From Escherichia coli (GTDB lineage Bacteria > Pseudomonadota > Gammaproteobacteria > Enterobacterales > Enterobacteriaceae): 64,000 bases of DNA. The first letter of the stretch is position 1. Each line of letters begins with the position of its first letter. Under the pieces are notes generated by a model. It did no database searches. It was not told where the DNA came from and worked only from the letters and a program-made list of their open reading frames with translations. Shown in pieces: positions 1 through 10,098 of this stretch. The stretch is from the NCBI RefSeq assembly GCF_003334815.1, contig NZ_QOWO01000014.1; one strand, 5' to 3'. The position numbers and the translations under genes were made by a program.

Positions 1-425
1 TCAACATCATCCGCCAGCTTATCTTCCTGACGATCAACCGCCTGGATTCGAACGTCAATTCCCGGATAAGCTGAATTAAAGCTGGAAAGTCGCGGAACCA
101 ACCAATGAATGGCGAAACTGGGGAGTAAACTGACCGTCAACGCCCCCTTGGCGCTACGGGCCTGGAGTTTACGCGTCGCTTCGGTTAATTGCGAAAATAT
201 CTCTTTGATATCGAGGAAATAGCTTTGCCCTTCCTCGGTCAGCAGGAGTGAACGATTACGGCGGCGGAACAGTTTTAGCCCCAAAAAATCCTCAAGAGAC
301 TTGATTTGATGACTTACTGCGGCTTGGGTCACAAAAAGCTCTTCTGCTGCGCGAGTGAAACTTAAATGGCGTGCTGCGGCATCAAAAACTCGTAAGGCAT
401 TTAGCGGTGGTAATCGTTTAGACAT
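1..425 (-). CDS. gcvA: GcvA, LysR-family activator of the glycine cleavage operon (N-terminal part; the 3' end lies left of the window)
   Basis: Reverse-strand ATG at 425-423. It translates to MSKRLPPLNALRVFDAAARHLSFTRAAEELFVTQAAVSHQIKSLEDFLGLKLFRRRNRSLLLTEEG..., a LysR winged-HTH N-terminus. The frame is open to the window edge and divergent from gcvB, as in E. coli. Confidence 0.9.
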   Translation of the reverse strand, partial: MSKRLPPLNALRVFDAAARHLSFTRAAEELFVTQAAVSHQIKSLEDFLGLKLFRRRNRSLLLTEEGQSYFLDIKEIFSQLTEATRKLQARSAKGALTVSLLPSFAIHWLVPRLSSFNSAYPGIDVRIQAVDRQEDKLADDV

Positions 426-553
426 GGCTATTAAACTTTGATGTTAAATGAATTTAACAATTAGATCACACTATGTAACCTATTAGTTTTTTTAATCTGA
501 GCCATTATAAATTGTCCGTTGAGCTTCTACCAGCAAATACCTATAGTGGCGGC

Positions 554-759
554 ACTTCCTGAGCCGGAACGAAAAGTTTTATCGGAATGCGTGTTCTGGT
601 GAACTTTTGGCTTACGGTTGTGATGTTGTGTTGTTGTGTTTGCAATTGGTCTGCGATTCAGACCATGGTAGCAAAGCTACCTTTTTTCACTTCCTGTACA
701 TTTACCCTGTCTGTCCATAGTGATTAATGTAGCACCGCCTAATTGCGGTGCTTTTTTTT
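554..759 (+). ncRNA. gcvB: GcvB small regulatory RNA (Hfq-dependent, represses amino-acid transporters)
   Basis: Starts ACTTCCTGAGCCGGAACG. Contains the GU-rich seed GTTGTGATGTTGTGTTGTTGTGTTTGC at about 616-642. Ends in the hairpin GCACCGCCTAATTGCGGTGC plus T8 (732-759). Total 206 nt, divergent from gcvA. Confidence 0.92.
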
Positions 760-775
760 ACCTTGCGATCGCGAA

Positions 776-1003
776 TTACTGATCCAGTTCGACCATCTCT
801 TTCACGTCAGTACGGTTGATCTGCTGTTTGTTGCCATTAGCGTCTTTATACGAAATCATACCGGTATCGTTATCAGTCTGTGGTTTGCCGTCAGAGACGA
901 TGGTACGTCCGTCATTGGTGTGCATCACATAGTTCGAACCGGAACAGGCGCTCAGGGCAAAAGTCAGCATACAGGCAGAAATAATTGCGGCAGTCTTTTT
1001 CAT
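776..1003 (-). CDS. ygdI: DUF903-family small lipoprotein YgdI (75 aa)
   Basis: The ORF track gives 776..1006. The AAGGAG SD is spaced better for the second ATG (1003). Signal peptide with lipobox LSAC. Paralog of the ORF at 28908..29126. Confidence 0.85.
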   Translation of the reverse strand: MKKTAAIISACMLTFALSACSGSNYVMHTNDGRTIVSDGKPQTDNDTGMISYKDANGNKQQINRTDVKEMVELDQ

Positions 1004-1194
1004 CATCTTCTCCTTAAAGCGATTAATAAATCTTAATAGTATTGATTAACAGGCTAAAATTAACGCCTAACACTATTCAGCATATGTTACTTACGCGGCT
1101 TCGCCAGGATATCCAGATAATTCTGATGGTTAGCACTCTCCTTGTATCAAAGTGAATTTTGCGTCACGATCGGTGCATCAAGCCGAGGAGTACC

Positions 1195-2400
1195 ATGAAC
1201 GTTTTTAATCCCGCGCAGTTTCGCGCCCAGTTTCCCGCACTACAGGATGCGGGCGTCTATCTCGACAGCGCCGCGACCGCGCTTAAACCTGAAGCCGTGG
1301 TTGAAGCCACCCAACAGTTTTACAGTCTGAGCGCCGGAAACGTCCATCGCAGCCAGTTTGCCGAAGCCCAACGCCTGACCGCGCGTTATGAAGCTGCACG
1401 AGAGAAAGTGGCGCAATTACTGAATGCACCGGATGATAAAACTATCGTCTGGACGCGCGGCACCACTGAATCCATCAACATGGTGGCACAATGCTATGCG
1501 CGTCCGCGTCTGCAACCGGGCGATGAGATTATTGTCAGCGTGGCAGAACACCACGCCAACCTCGTCCCCTGGCTGATGGTCGCCCAACAAACTGGAGCCA
1601 AAGTGGTGAAATTGCCGCTTAATGCGCAGCGACTGCCGGATGTCGATTTGTTGCCAGAACTGATTACTCCCCGTAGTCGGATTCTGGCGTTGGGTCAGAT
1701 GTCGAACGTTACTGGCGGTTGCCCGGATCTGGCGCGAGCGATTACCTTTGCTCATTCAGCCGGGATGGTGGTGATGGTTGATGGTGCTCAGGGGGCAGTG
1801 CATTTCCCCGCGGATGTTCAGCAACTGGATATTGATTTCTATGCTTTTTCAGGTCACAAACTGTATGGCCCGACAGGTATCGGCGTGCTGTATGGTAAAT
1901 CAGAACTGCTGGAGGCGATGTCGCCCTGGCTGGGCGGCGGCAAAATGGTTCACGAAGTGAGTTTTGACGGCTTCACGACTCAATCTGCGCCGTGGAAACT
2001 GGAAGCTGGAACGCCAAATGTCGCTGGTGTCATAGGATTAAGCGCGGCGCTGGAATGGCTGGCAGATTACGATATCAACCAGGCCGAAAGCTGGAGCCGT
2101 AGCTTAGCAACGCTGGCGGAAGATGCGCTGGCGAAACGTCCCGGCTTTCGTTCATTCCGCTGCCAGGATTCCAGCCTGCTGGCCTTTGATTTTGCTGGCG
2201 TTCATCATAGCGATATGGTGACGCTGCTGGCGGAGTACGGTATTGCCCTGCGGGCCGGGCAGCATTGCGCTCAGCCGCTACTGGCAGAATTAGGCGTAAC
2301 CGGCACACTGCGCGCCTCTTTTGCGCCATATAATACAAAGAGTGATGTGGATGCGCTGGTGAATGCCGTTGACCGCGCGCTGGAATTATTGGTGGATTAA
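1195..2400 (+). CDS. csdA: Cysteine sulfinate desulfinase / cysteine desulfurase CsdA (class V aminotransferase, 401 aa)
   Basis: ORF 1159..2400. The internal ATG at 1195 is preceded by GAGGAG (1185-1190). Product starts [16 protein letters not shown] and has the PLP-lysine region [13 protein letters not shown] and a C-terminal [10 protein letters not shown] active-site Cys loop. Confidence 0.93.
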
Positions 2401-2843
2401 TGACAAACCCGCAATTCGCCGGACATCCGTTCGGCACAACCGTAACCGCAGAAACGTTACGCAATACCTTCGCACCGTTGACGCAATGGGAAGATAAATA
2501 TCGCCAGTTGATCATGCTGGGGAAACAGCTTCCGGCATTGCCAGACGAGTTAAAAGCGCAGGCTAAAGAGATTGCCGGATGCGAAAACCGCGTCTGGCTG
2601 GGATATACAGTGGCTGAAAACGGCAAAATGCATTTCTTTGGCGACAGCGAAGGGCGCATTGTGCGCGGCCTGCTGGCGGTGTTGTTGACTGCCGTTGAGG
2701 GGAAAACCGCCGCCGAGTTGCAGGCACAGTCACCACTGGCATTGTTTGATGAGCTGGGATTACGTGCGCAGCTTAGCGCCTCACGCAGCCAGGGGTTAAA
2801 TGCGTTAAGCGAGGCGATTATCGCTGCGACGAAGCAGGTTTAA
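2400..2843 (+). CDS. csdE: Sulfur acceptor protein CsdE (SufE-like, 147 aa)
   Basis: Its ATG overlaps the csdA stop (TAATG). SufE-like sequence with the conserved Cys in [10 protein letters not shown]. Confidence 0.92.
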
Positions 2844-2854
2844 GCACAGAACCG

Positions 2855-2886
2855 GGTCGGATAAGACGTTCGCGTCTCATCCGACC
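2855..2886. terminator. REP-like hairpin between convergent csdE and tcdA (probable bidirectional terminator)
   Basis: GGTCGGATAAGACG-TTCG-CGTCTCATCCGACC, an imperfect 14-bp stem with one mismatch. It lies in the 50-bp gap between two converging stop codons. Confidence 0.5.
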
Positions 2887-2893
2887 TGATTGT

Positions 2894-3700
2894 TTAACCC
2901 TGACGCGCCGCTTTCGCCATCATCTTCTTCAGCGCATGAGAAACCGCAACAAACCCAAAGGTGGCGGTCACCATCGTTGCCGCGCCAAATCCAGATGCAC
3001 AATCCATCCGCTTCGGCCCTTCTGCCGTGGCTTTCATCGCACACACCGTACCGTCTGACTGCGGGTACACCAGCGCTTCAGTAGAAAACACGCAATCCAC
3101 GCCGAGCTTACCTTTACTGTTTTTCACTACGCCAAAATCGCTTTTCAGGCGCTCGCGCAACTTCGCCGCCAGCGGGTCCTGAATCGTTTTCGCCAGATCG
3201 GTAACCTGAATCTGCGTCGGATCAATCTGCCCACCCGCGCCACCGGTTGTGACCAGTGGGATTTTATTGCGCCGACAATAAGCAATCAGCGCCGCTTTGG
3301 GCCGTACACTATCAATGGCATCAATCACGTACGAATAACCCACGCTCATATACTGCGCTACGTTATCCGGCGTCACGAAATCATCCACCACCGTTACACG
3401 GCACTCCGGGTTAATCTGGCGAATACGCTCCGCCATAACTTCCGCTTTTGCCAGCCCAACGTTATCGCGCAGGGCATGAATTTGCCGATTGGTATTGGTG
3501 ACGCACACATCATCCATATCGATAAGCGTGATTGCGCCAATCCCCGTGCGCGCCAGCGCTTCCGCCGCCCAGGAACCGACACCACCGATACCAACCACAC
3601 AAATATGCGCGTCAGCAAACAGTTGCAACGCTTTTTCACCATACAGACGCGCTGTGCCACCAAAACGCTGACGCCATGCATCACTAATTACCACAGACAT
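2894..3700 (-). CDS. tcdA: tRNA threonylcarbamoyladenosine dehydratase TcdA (CsdL/YgdL, E1-like ThiF/MoeB fold, 268 aa)
   Basis: Full ORF. Rossmann motif VVGIGGVGSWAAEALARTGIG typical of the ThiF/MoeB/HesA family. Synteny next to csdAE. Confidence 0.9.
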   Translation of the reverse strand: MSVVISDAWRQRFGGTARLYGEKALQLFADAHICVVGIGGVGSWAAEALARTGIGAITLIDMDDVCVTNTNRQIHALRDNVGLAKAEVMAERIRQINPECRVTVVDDFVTPDNVAQYMSVGYSYVIDAIDSVRPKAALIAYCRRNKIPLVTTGGAGGQIDPTQIQVTDLAKTIQDPLAAKLRERLKSDFGVVKNSKGKLGVDCVFSTEALVYPQSDGTVCAMKATAEGPKRMDCASGFGAATMVTATFGFVAVSHALKKMMAKAARQG

Positions 3701-3753
3701 AGCACCTCAGAATTAAAAAGGGCGAGGTTATCCCTCACCCTAAACGCATAAAT

Positions 3754-3852
3754 GCCTGATGCGCTACGCTTATCAGGCCTACATAACTCCTGCAATATTT
3801 TGGATTTGCATGATTTGTAGGCCGGATAAGGCGTTCACGCCGCATCCGGCAT
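3754..3852. repeat. REP/BIME element (two inverted REP units)
   Basis: GCCTGATGCGCTACGCTTATCAGGCCTAC (3754-3782) and GTAGGCCGGATAAGGCGTTCACGCCGCATCCGGCAT (3817-3852). These are classic E. coli REP palindromes in the tcdA-mltA spacer. Confidence 0.85.
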
Positions 3853-3938
3853 GAACAACGCGCACTTAGTCAATAATCAGGATGTGAGGTTACCCCTCAC
3901 CCTGTCATATCCGTAAAAACGGCATACAGAATATCACA

Positions 3939-5036
3939 TCAGCCGCTAAAGACGTTACCTGCGCCCGGGGCGGTTTTCAGCACCCAGACACGTCCATAGT
4001 GGTTGTACCAACCTGCGCGGTGTCCGGCTTCCGGCCCGATCCCTTGATAGATATCGAAGTGTTGGCCTTTGATTGCACCACCGACATCCAGCGCCACCAT
4101 CAGACGCAGTTCGTACTGACCATTAAATTTGCCGTTATTATCCAGCAACGGCACTTCTGCCAGCAAGGTAGTACCTGGCGGAATAATGGAACGATCAGAG
4201 GCAACTGACGCGCGACCAACCAGCGGCACCGCACTTGCCCCTTTCACCGGAGCAAAAGATTGCGGTTTAAAGAAGACGAAAGACGGGTTCTGTTCCAGCA
4301 GCTCGCGAACCTCGGCTTCACTGTGTGTTTCGCCCCAGTGACGAATCGCCTGCATCGACATATCTTCTTTTTTCACTTCGCCACGGTCGATCAGCACCTT
4401 ACCAATGCTGCGATAGGCATGACCGTTTTTCCCTGCATAGCTGAAAAAGTTAAGCGGACTGCCATCACCAAAGTCGATATACCCACTACCCTGCACATCC
4501 ATAATGAAGTTATCCATCAGGGAGTTACTGTAAGCGAGAATATATTTATCACTCAATGCCCCCGCGTAGATCTCCGCACGAGACGGCAGACGACCACGTT
4601 TTGGCGGCATACGGTAAATAGGATACTGGAACTCGCCCTGGCGGGTATGGCGCGCCTGAATTACCGGCGTGTAATAACCGGTAAACTGCACGTTACCATA
4701 GTTGTCGGCACCTTCCATCTGCCAGGCATCAATGCCGAACTGGCGCATATTGCGGGTATCACCGCCTGCGCGCAGCCACTCTTGCACCGCGTTATAAACA
4801 TTACTCTGGTTGCCATACAGACGCGGTGACGAATTACGGATATGGTTAATTTGCTCGGCAAAATCACCGGCGTTAATCGGCGCGCCAACGGCATCTGGCT
4901 GGTTCACCAGAGAGAAAGGCTGGGTAAATTTCCCGTCTTTATATTGCTGTCCGCGATCGGTTGGTTTGGAAGAGCAGGCGGCAAGCATTGCCACAACCGT
5001 GCCCATAAGAAGGTACTTTACCCAACGTCCTTTCAT
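3939..5036 (-). CDS. mltA: Membrane-bound lytic murein transglycosylase A (lipoprotein, 365 aa)
   Basis: ORF 3939..5240. The real start is the internal ATG at 5036, giving MKGRWVKYLLMGTVVAMLAACSS with lipobox LAAC. MltA 3D-domain sequence follows. The 68-codon upstream extension runs into the tRNA promoter region. Confidence 0.92.
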   Translation of the reverse strand: MKGRWVKYLLMGTVVAMLAACSSKPTDRGQQYKDGKFTQPFSLVNQPDAVGAPINAGDFAEQINHIRNSSPRLYGNQSNVYNAVQEWLRAGGDTRNMRQFGIDAWQMEGADNYGNVQFTGYYTPVIQARHTRQGEFQYPIYRMPPKRGRLPSRAEIYAGALSDKYILAYSNSLMDNFIMDVQGSGYIDFGDGSPLNFFSYAGKNGHAYRSIGKVLIDRGEVKKEDMSMQAIRHWGETHSEAEVRELLEQNPSFVFFKPQSFAPVKGASAVPLVGRASVASDRSIIPPGTTLLAEVPLLDNNGKFNGQYELRLMVALDVGGAIKGQHFDIYQGIGPEAGHRAGWYNHYGRVWVLKTAPGAGNVFSG

Positions 5037-5243
5037 TGTTCTCTTCTTCAGGTTAAAAAATAAGGCGCAACGAAGATAACAAACCGCCGCGTTTAATGAA
5101 ATGAGCAGCCTCTCCCTGACGCAAATTTTGCACAAAAAATAGGCTTTAGTGATTTGTTTTTGTTCAAAATCATGCCAAATCCGTGATCGGGGTAAAAAAA
5201 GGTTGCATGAAAACGCGAGCGGAGTATAGTGCGCATCCACGGA

Positions 5244-5320
<77 letters not shown>

Positions 5321-5327
5321 ATTATTG

Positions 5328-5351
5328 AACACCCTAACGGGTGTTTTTTTG
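5328..5351 (+). terminator. Rho-independent terminator of the tRNA-fMet gene
   Basis: AACACCC-TAAC-GGGTGTT followed by a T7 run, 8 nt after the tRNA 3' end. Confidence 0.8.
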
Positions 5352-5393
5352 TTTCTGGTCTCCCATAAAAAAGCGCCATTCAGCGCCTTTTTA

Positions 5394-6647
5394 TCATCCC
5401 CTTCTCGCCAGCGTCGCCCCATCGGCAAAATACGCTTTAATCCCCGCAAGAATAGACTCCGCAACTTCCTGCTGGAAAGTCGCCGTTTTCAGTTTACGCT
5501 CTTCCTCAACGTTACTGATAAACGCCGTTTCGACCAGAATGGAGGGAATATCTGGTGCCTTTAGTACGGCAAACCCGGCCTGTTCAACTTGATTTTTATG
5601 CAGCTTGTTGATTTTACCGAGCTTATTCAGTACCGCTTTACCAAACTTCAGGCTGTCGGCAATGGTCAGCGACTGTACCATATCGAACATGGTGTGGTCG
5701 ACATAGCGGTCACCGCTTTTGCTCACGCCACCAATCAAGTCCGAGGCGTTCTGGGTTTGTGCCAGATATTTTGCCGCAGTACTGGTTGCACCTTTGGTTG
5801 AGAGCGCAAACACAGAGGAACCGCTCGGCTGACGACTGGTAAAGGCGTCGGCATGGATAGAGACAAACAGGTCAGCACGCTGTTTCTGGGCTTTTGCTAC
5901 GCGCACTTGCAATGGAATGAAGATGTCTTCATTGCGCGTCATGTACACCTTCATATTGCCCTCTTTCTCGATCAGAGAGCGCAAACGGCGAGCTATTTGC
6001 AATACCACATCTTTTTCGCGCGTTTTGTATTTCCCCACCGCACCGGAGTCTTCGCCACCGTGGCCAGGGTCAAGCATAATGACAATCGGACGATCGCGCC
6101 CTGCTTTACCCGGTTGTGGACCACTTTGCGCTGGCGGCACCTGCTTTTCGAGGTCGCCTTTGTTGTAATCCTCCAGCAGCGCCAGCAGCGGGTCCTGCAT
6201 ATCCTGTGCATTGGCCGGATAGAGGTCCATCACCAGACGTTCTTTAAACCCGGCGACCGGCGCAAGGGCAAACAGCTGCGGTTTTACGTTTTGCTTTAAT
6301 TCAAAAACCATCCGTACGGTTTGCGGGTCAAATTGCCCGACGCGCGCCGACTTGATGAACGGGTCGTCTGCACGAATTTGTGCCGCCATCCCCTTGAGTA
6401 CCGAGTTCAGGTTTACATCTTCGATATCCACCACCACGCGTTCAGGGTTACTCAACGCGAACTGCTTATATTTCAGCTGACGATTTGATTCCACCGTCAC
6501 GCGGGTGTAGCTGGACGCAGGCCAGACGCGCACCGCCACGACCTGGCTGACCGCAGCCAGACTGACCTGACTTACGCTCAATAGCCACATGGCACCCGCG
6601 CCTTGCAGTAAACGACGACGGCTGATTGCAGTGTTGGATCCTGACAT
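5394..6647 (-). CDS. amiC: N-acetylmuramoyl-L-alanine amidase AmiC (Tat-exported, 417 aa)
   Basis: ORF 5394..6737. The start at the internal ATG 6647 gives [23 protein letters not shown], a twin-arginine signal. AMIN domain plus amidase_3 domain ([14 protein letters not shown]). Confidence 0.92.
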
Positions 6648-6828
6648 GCCTCTCCCGAGCAAAAGAAATCTAAGCTGTGTAACAAGTAAACGACTAATTT
6701 GACCGGAAACTTTAGCGAAAGACGCATAATCTGTCATCTAATAAACGGTAAACATTCTTTTTATATTCACGGCATTACTGATAAAAAAGTCGCTCTCGCA
6801 TAAAATTTACACTTGCACCCTGCGAAAA

Positions 6829-6868
6829 AACAGAATAAAAATACACTAATTTCGAATAATCATGCAAA
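6829..6868 (+). promoter_or_regulatory. Probable tandem ARG boxes (ArgR operator) overlapping the argA promoter
   Basis: ACAGAATAAAAATACACT, then AAT, then TTCGAATAATCATGCAAA. These are two 18-bp near-palindromes resembling TNTGAATWWWWATTCANW, separated by 3 bp and sitting just upstream of the argA GTG. Confidence 0.6.
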
Positions 6869-6878
6869 GAGGTGTGCC

Positions 6879-8210
6879 GTGGTAAAGGAACGTAAAACCG
6901 AGTTGGTCGAGGGATTCCGCCATTCGGTTCCCTATATCAATACCCACCGGGGAAAAACGTTTGTCATCATGCTCGGCGGTGAAGCCATTGAGCATGAGAA
7001 TTTCTCCAGTATCGTTAATGATATCGGGTTGTTGCACAGCCTCGGCATCCGTCTGGTGGTGGTCTATGGCGCACGTCCGCAGATCGACGCAAATCTGGCT
7101 ACGCATCACCACGAACCGCTGTATCACAAGAATATACGTGTGACCGACGCCAAAACACTGGAACTGGTGAAGCAGGCTGCGGGAACATTGCAACTGGATA
7201 TTACTGCTCGCCTGTCGATGAGTCTCAATAACACGCCGCTGCAGGGCGCGCATATCAACGTCGTCAGTGGCAATTTTATTATTGCCCAGCCGCTGGGCGT
7301 CGATGACGGCGTGGATTACTGCCATAGCGGGCGTATCCGGCGGATTGATGAAGACGCGATCCATCGTCAACTGGACAGCGGTGCAATAGTGCTAATGGGG
7401 CCGGTCGCTGTTTCAGTCACTGGCGAGAGCTTTAACCTGACCTCGGAAGAGATTGCCACTCAACTGGCCATCAAACTGAAAGCTGAAAAGATGATTGGTT
7501 TTTGCTCTTCCCAGGGCGTCACTAATGACGACGGTGATATTGTCTCCGAACTTTTCCCTAACGAAGCGCAAGCGCGGGTAGAAGCCCAGGAAGAGAAAGG
7601 CGATTACAACTCCGGTACGGTGCGCTTTTTGCGTGGCGCAGTGAAAGCCTGCCGCAGCGGCGTGCGTCGCTGTCATTTAATCAGTTATCAGGAAGATGGC
7701 GCGCTGTTGCAAGAGTTGTTCTCACGCGACGGTATCGGTACGCAGATTGTGATGGAAAGCGCCGAGCAGATTCGTCGCGCAACAATCAACGATATTGGCG
7801 GTATTCTGGAGTTGATTCGCCCACTGGAGCAGCAAGGTATTCTGGTACGCCGTTCTCGCGAGCAGCTGGAGATGGAAATCGACAAATTCACCATTATTCA
7901 GCGCGATAACACGACTATTGCCTGCGCCGCGCTCTATCCGTTCCCGGAAGAGAAGATTGGGGAAATGGCCTGTGTGGCAGTTCACCCGGATTACCGCAGT
8001 TCATCAAGGGGTGAAGTTCTGCTGGAACGCATTGCCGCTCAGGCGAAGCAGAGCGGCTTAAGCAAATTGTTTGTGCTGACCACGCGCAGTATTCACTGGT
8101 TCCAGGAACGTGGATTTACCCCAGTGGATATTGATTTACTGCCCGAGAGCAAAAAGCAGTTGTACAACTACCAGCGTAAATCCAAAGTGTTGATGGCGGA
8201 TTTAGGGTAA
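6879..8210 (+). CDS. argA: N-acetylglutamate synthase ArgA (443 aa, GTG start)
   Basis: ORF 6813..8210. The GTG at 6879 follows AGAGG and gives [35 protein letters not shown]. Amino-acid-kinase fold plus a C-terminal GNAT domain. Confidence 0.9.
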   Translation: MVKERKTELVEGFRHSVPYINTHRGKTFVIMLGGEAIEHENFSSIVNDIGLLHSLGIRLVVVYGARPQIDANLATHHHEPLYHKNIRVTDAKTLELVKQAAGTLQLDITARLSMSLNNTPLQGAHINVVSGNFIIAQPLGVDDGVDYCHSGRIRRIDEDAIHRQLDSGAIVLMGPVAVSVTGESFNLTSEEIATQLAIKLKAEKMIGFCSSQGVTNDDGDIVSELFPNEAQARVEAQEEKGDYNSGTVRFLRGAVKACRSGVRRCHLISYQEDGALLQELFSRDGIGTQIVMESAEQIRRATINDIGGILELIRPLEQQGILVRRSREQLEMEIDKFTIIQRDNTTIACAALYPFPEEKIGEMACVAVHPDYRSSSRGEVLLERIAAQAKQSGLSKLFVLTTRSIHWFQERGFTPVDIDLLPESKKQLYNYQRKSKVLMADLG

Positions 8211-8222
8211 GCGATGAAAATC

Positions 8223-8263
8223 GTCGGATGCGACATGCGTAACACTCGTACGTCGCATCCGGC
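8223..8263. repeat. REP palindrome between convergent argA and recD
   Basis: GTCGGATGCGACATGCG...CGTACGTCGCATCCGGC, an inverted repeat of the REP consensus type. Confidence 0.7.
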
Positions 8264-8271
8264 AATTACGT

Positions 8272-10098
8272 TTATTCCCGTGAACTAAACAACGCCGCCA
8301 GACCACTGCGCCGCTCAGTACGAGTGGCGATTGCCGCACTTAATATGCGCTCATCGGCATACAGCGACAGACGGCGACGCGCGCGGGTCACCGCGGTATA
8401 AACCAGCTCTCGCGTTACTACCGGCGTGCGTTGGCTCGGCAAAATCAACGCCGCATGGTCGAACTCCGATCCCTGCGATTTATGTACCGTCATCGCCCAC
8501 GTAGTTTCGTGCTCTGGCAAGCGACTCGGTTGCACAGACTTAATATTGCCGTCCGGCATCGCAAACCAGACGCGCGTCCCCTGCCCGCGATCCAGCGCAA
8601 TACCGATATCGCCATTAAACAACCCAAGCGCGCTGTCATTACGGGCAATCATCACCGGTCGACCTTCGTACCAACGAGAGTGCGGATGACGATGAATTTT
8701 GCGCTTCTGTTGCATAAACTGCTCAATTCGCTCATTCAGTCCAGCCACGCCAAACGGCCCTTCCCGCAGGGCGCACAAAAGCTGGTACTCATTGAACGCC
8801 TGAATGATTAAATCCGGCTCGGCACGCGCTTGCAGCAGATCCAGATAACGTCCGTAACCCGCAAGAGCTTCCTCAAGCATCGCAATATAATCTTCGCCGC
8901 TCTGTAAAAGCCGTTTTTCGATATCAGTAAAATCCTGCTGAAAAACGGTTTTCACTGCCGTTTTATCACCACGGTTGATCGCCGCAGCTAACTGACCAAT
9001 GCCAGAATCGCTGCCGAAACGATAGCTTTTTTGCAGCAGGCAGAGACTGTCGCGCAAAGATGCCGCTTCTGTGCCGGTTCCTGCCGGAACGTGAGTCCCC
9101 GTCAGGCGGCTTAGCTGCCTGGCACGCTCGGCGGTAAAGCCCGCGTTGGCATAAGCGCAGATATCGCCCAGCACAGCCCCAGCCTCAACCGAGGCCAGTT
9201 GATCACGATCGCCGAGAAAGATCACTCGCGCATGATCGGGCAAGGCGTCGATCAGTCTCGACATCATAGGCAGATCGATCATTGACGCTTCATCTACCAC
9301 CAGCACATCAAGATGCAGCGGGTTACCGGCATGATGACGTAAACGCTGGCTACCCGGCTGCGCGCCCAGCAATCGGTGCAAAGTGCTGGCATCTTCCGGA
9401 ATGCGTTTCTTTTGTTCATCGGTCAGCGGTAACTGTCGCAAAGCCTTGCCGAGAGATTCGGTTAAGCGCGCGGCAGCTTTACCCGTTGGTGCAGCCAGAC
9501 GGATACGGCAGCGTTCGCCGTCGGCCATTTGAATTAACGCTGCCAGCAACTTCGCTACGGTGGTCGTTTTACCGGTGCCAGGGCCGCCGGAAATCACCGA
9601 GATCCGCCGCGTCAGCGCCACTGCCGCCGCAACTTTTTGCCAGTTAATTTCATCGCTTACTGGAAAAAGTTTGTCCAGGGTTTGCGCCAGTAGAGCTTCA
9701 TCAACCTCAATGGCATGATTCACTTCGTTGAAAAAGCGTGCCACTGTGCGCTCGTTACACCACATGCGATTCAAATAAAGACGATCGCCACAGAGGATCA
9801 TCGGCGTGGGTTCATCTCCCCTGCTGACCGCTTGAGAAGCCAGCAAGCATTCTTCCCAATTTTGTAGCTCACCGATTTCACTGACACAGGTCGCCAACAG
9901 CGGATGCGACGCCTCGTTATTTTCCAGTCGTGAAAGCGGCAAACAAACGTGTCCCTCTCCGGCATCATGACTTAACAGTGCCGCCGCGAGGGTGACGGCA
10001 GGATGTTCATCTCCCGCCACGGTCAGGGCAAATTGCACATCCAGCGGGCGTAGCTGTTTGTGCTCCACAGCTTCCAGTAATTGCTTTTGCAATTTCAT
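8272..10098 (-). CDS. recD: Exodeoxyribonuclease V alpha subunit RecD (SF1 5'-3' helicase, 608 aa)
   Basis: Full ORF. Walker [11 protein letters not shown]. Its start overlaps the recB stop (TAATG). Confidence 0.95.

Noticed and set aside
2075-2659. Long antisense or shadow ORFs inside GC-rich core genes. Examples: 2075..2659 (-, 194 aa), 4260..4829 (+, 189 aa), 16762..17274 (+, 170 aa), 42211..42699 and 42615..43121 (+), 23087..23497 (+), 31621..32043 (+), 6846..7370 (-).
   Set aside because: Each lies wholly within, and opposite to or out of frame with, a well-supported conserved gene (csdA/csdE, mltA, recC, yqeF, lgt, aas, argA). Their products are Arg/Pro/Ser-rich low-complexity sequences typical of non-coding frames in GC-rich DNA. 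None has an SD.
5036-5240. N-terminal extensions offered by the ORF track: mltA 433 aa, amiC 447 aa, argA 465 aa, ppdB 267 aa, araE 515 aa, ygeA 253 aa, csdA 413 aa, ppdC 115 aa.
   Set aside because: In every case an internal start gives the expected signal peptide or conserved N-terminus. The extension runs through promoter, tRNA or neighbouring-gene sequence. The shorter coordinates were used.
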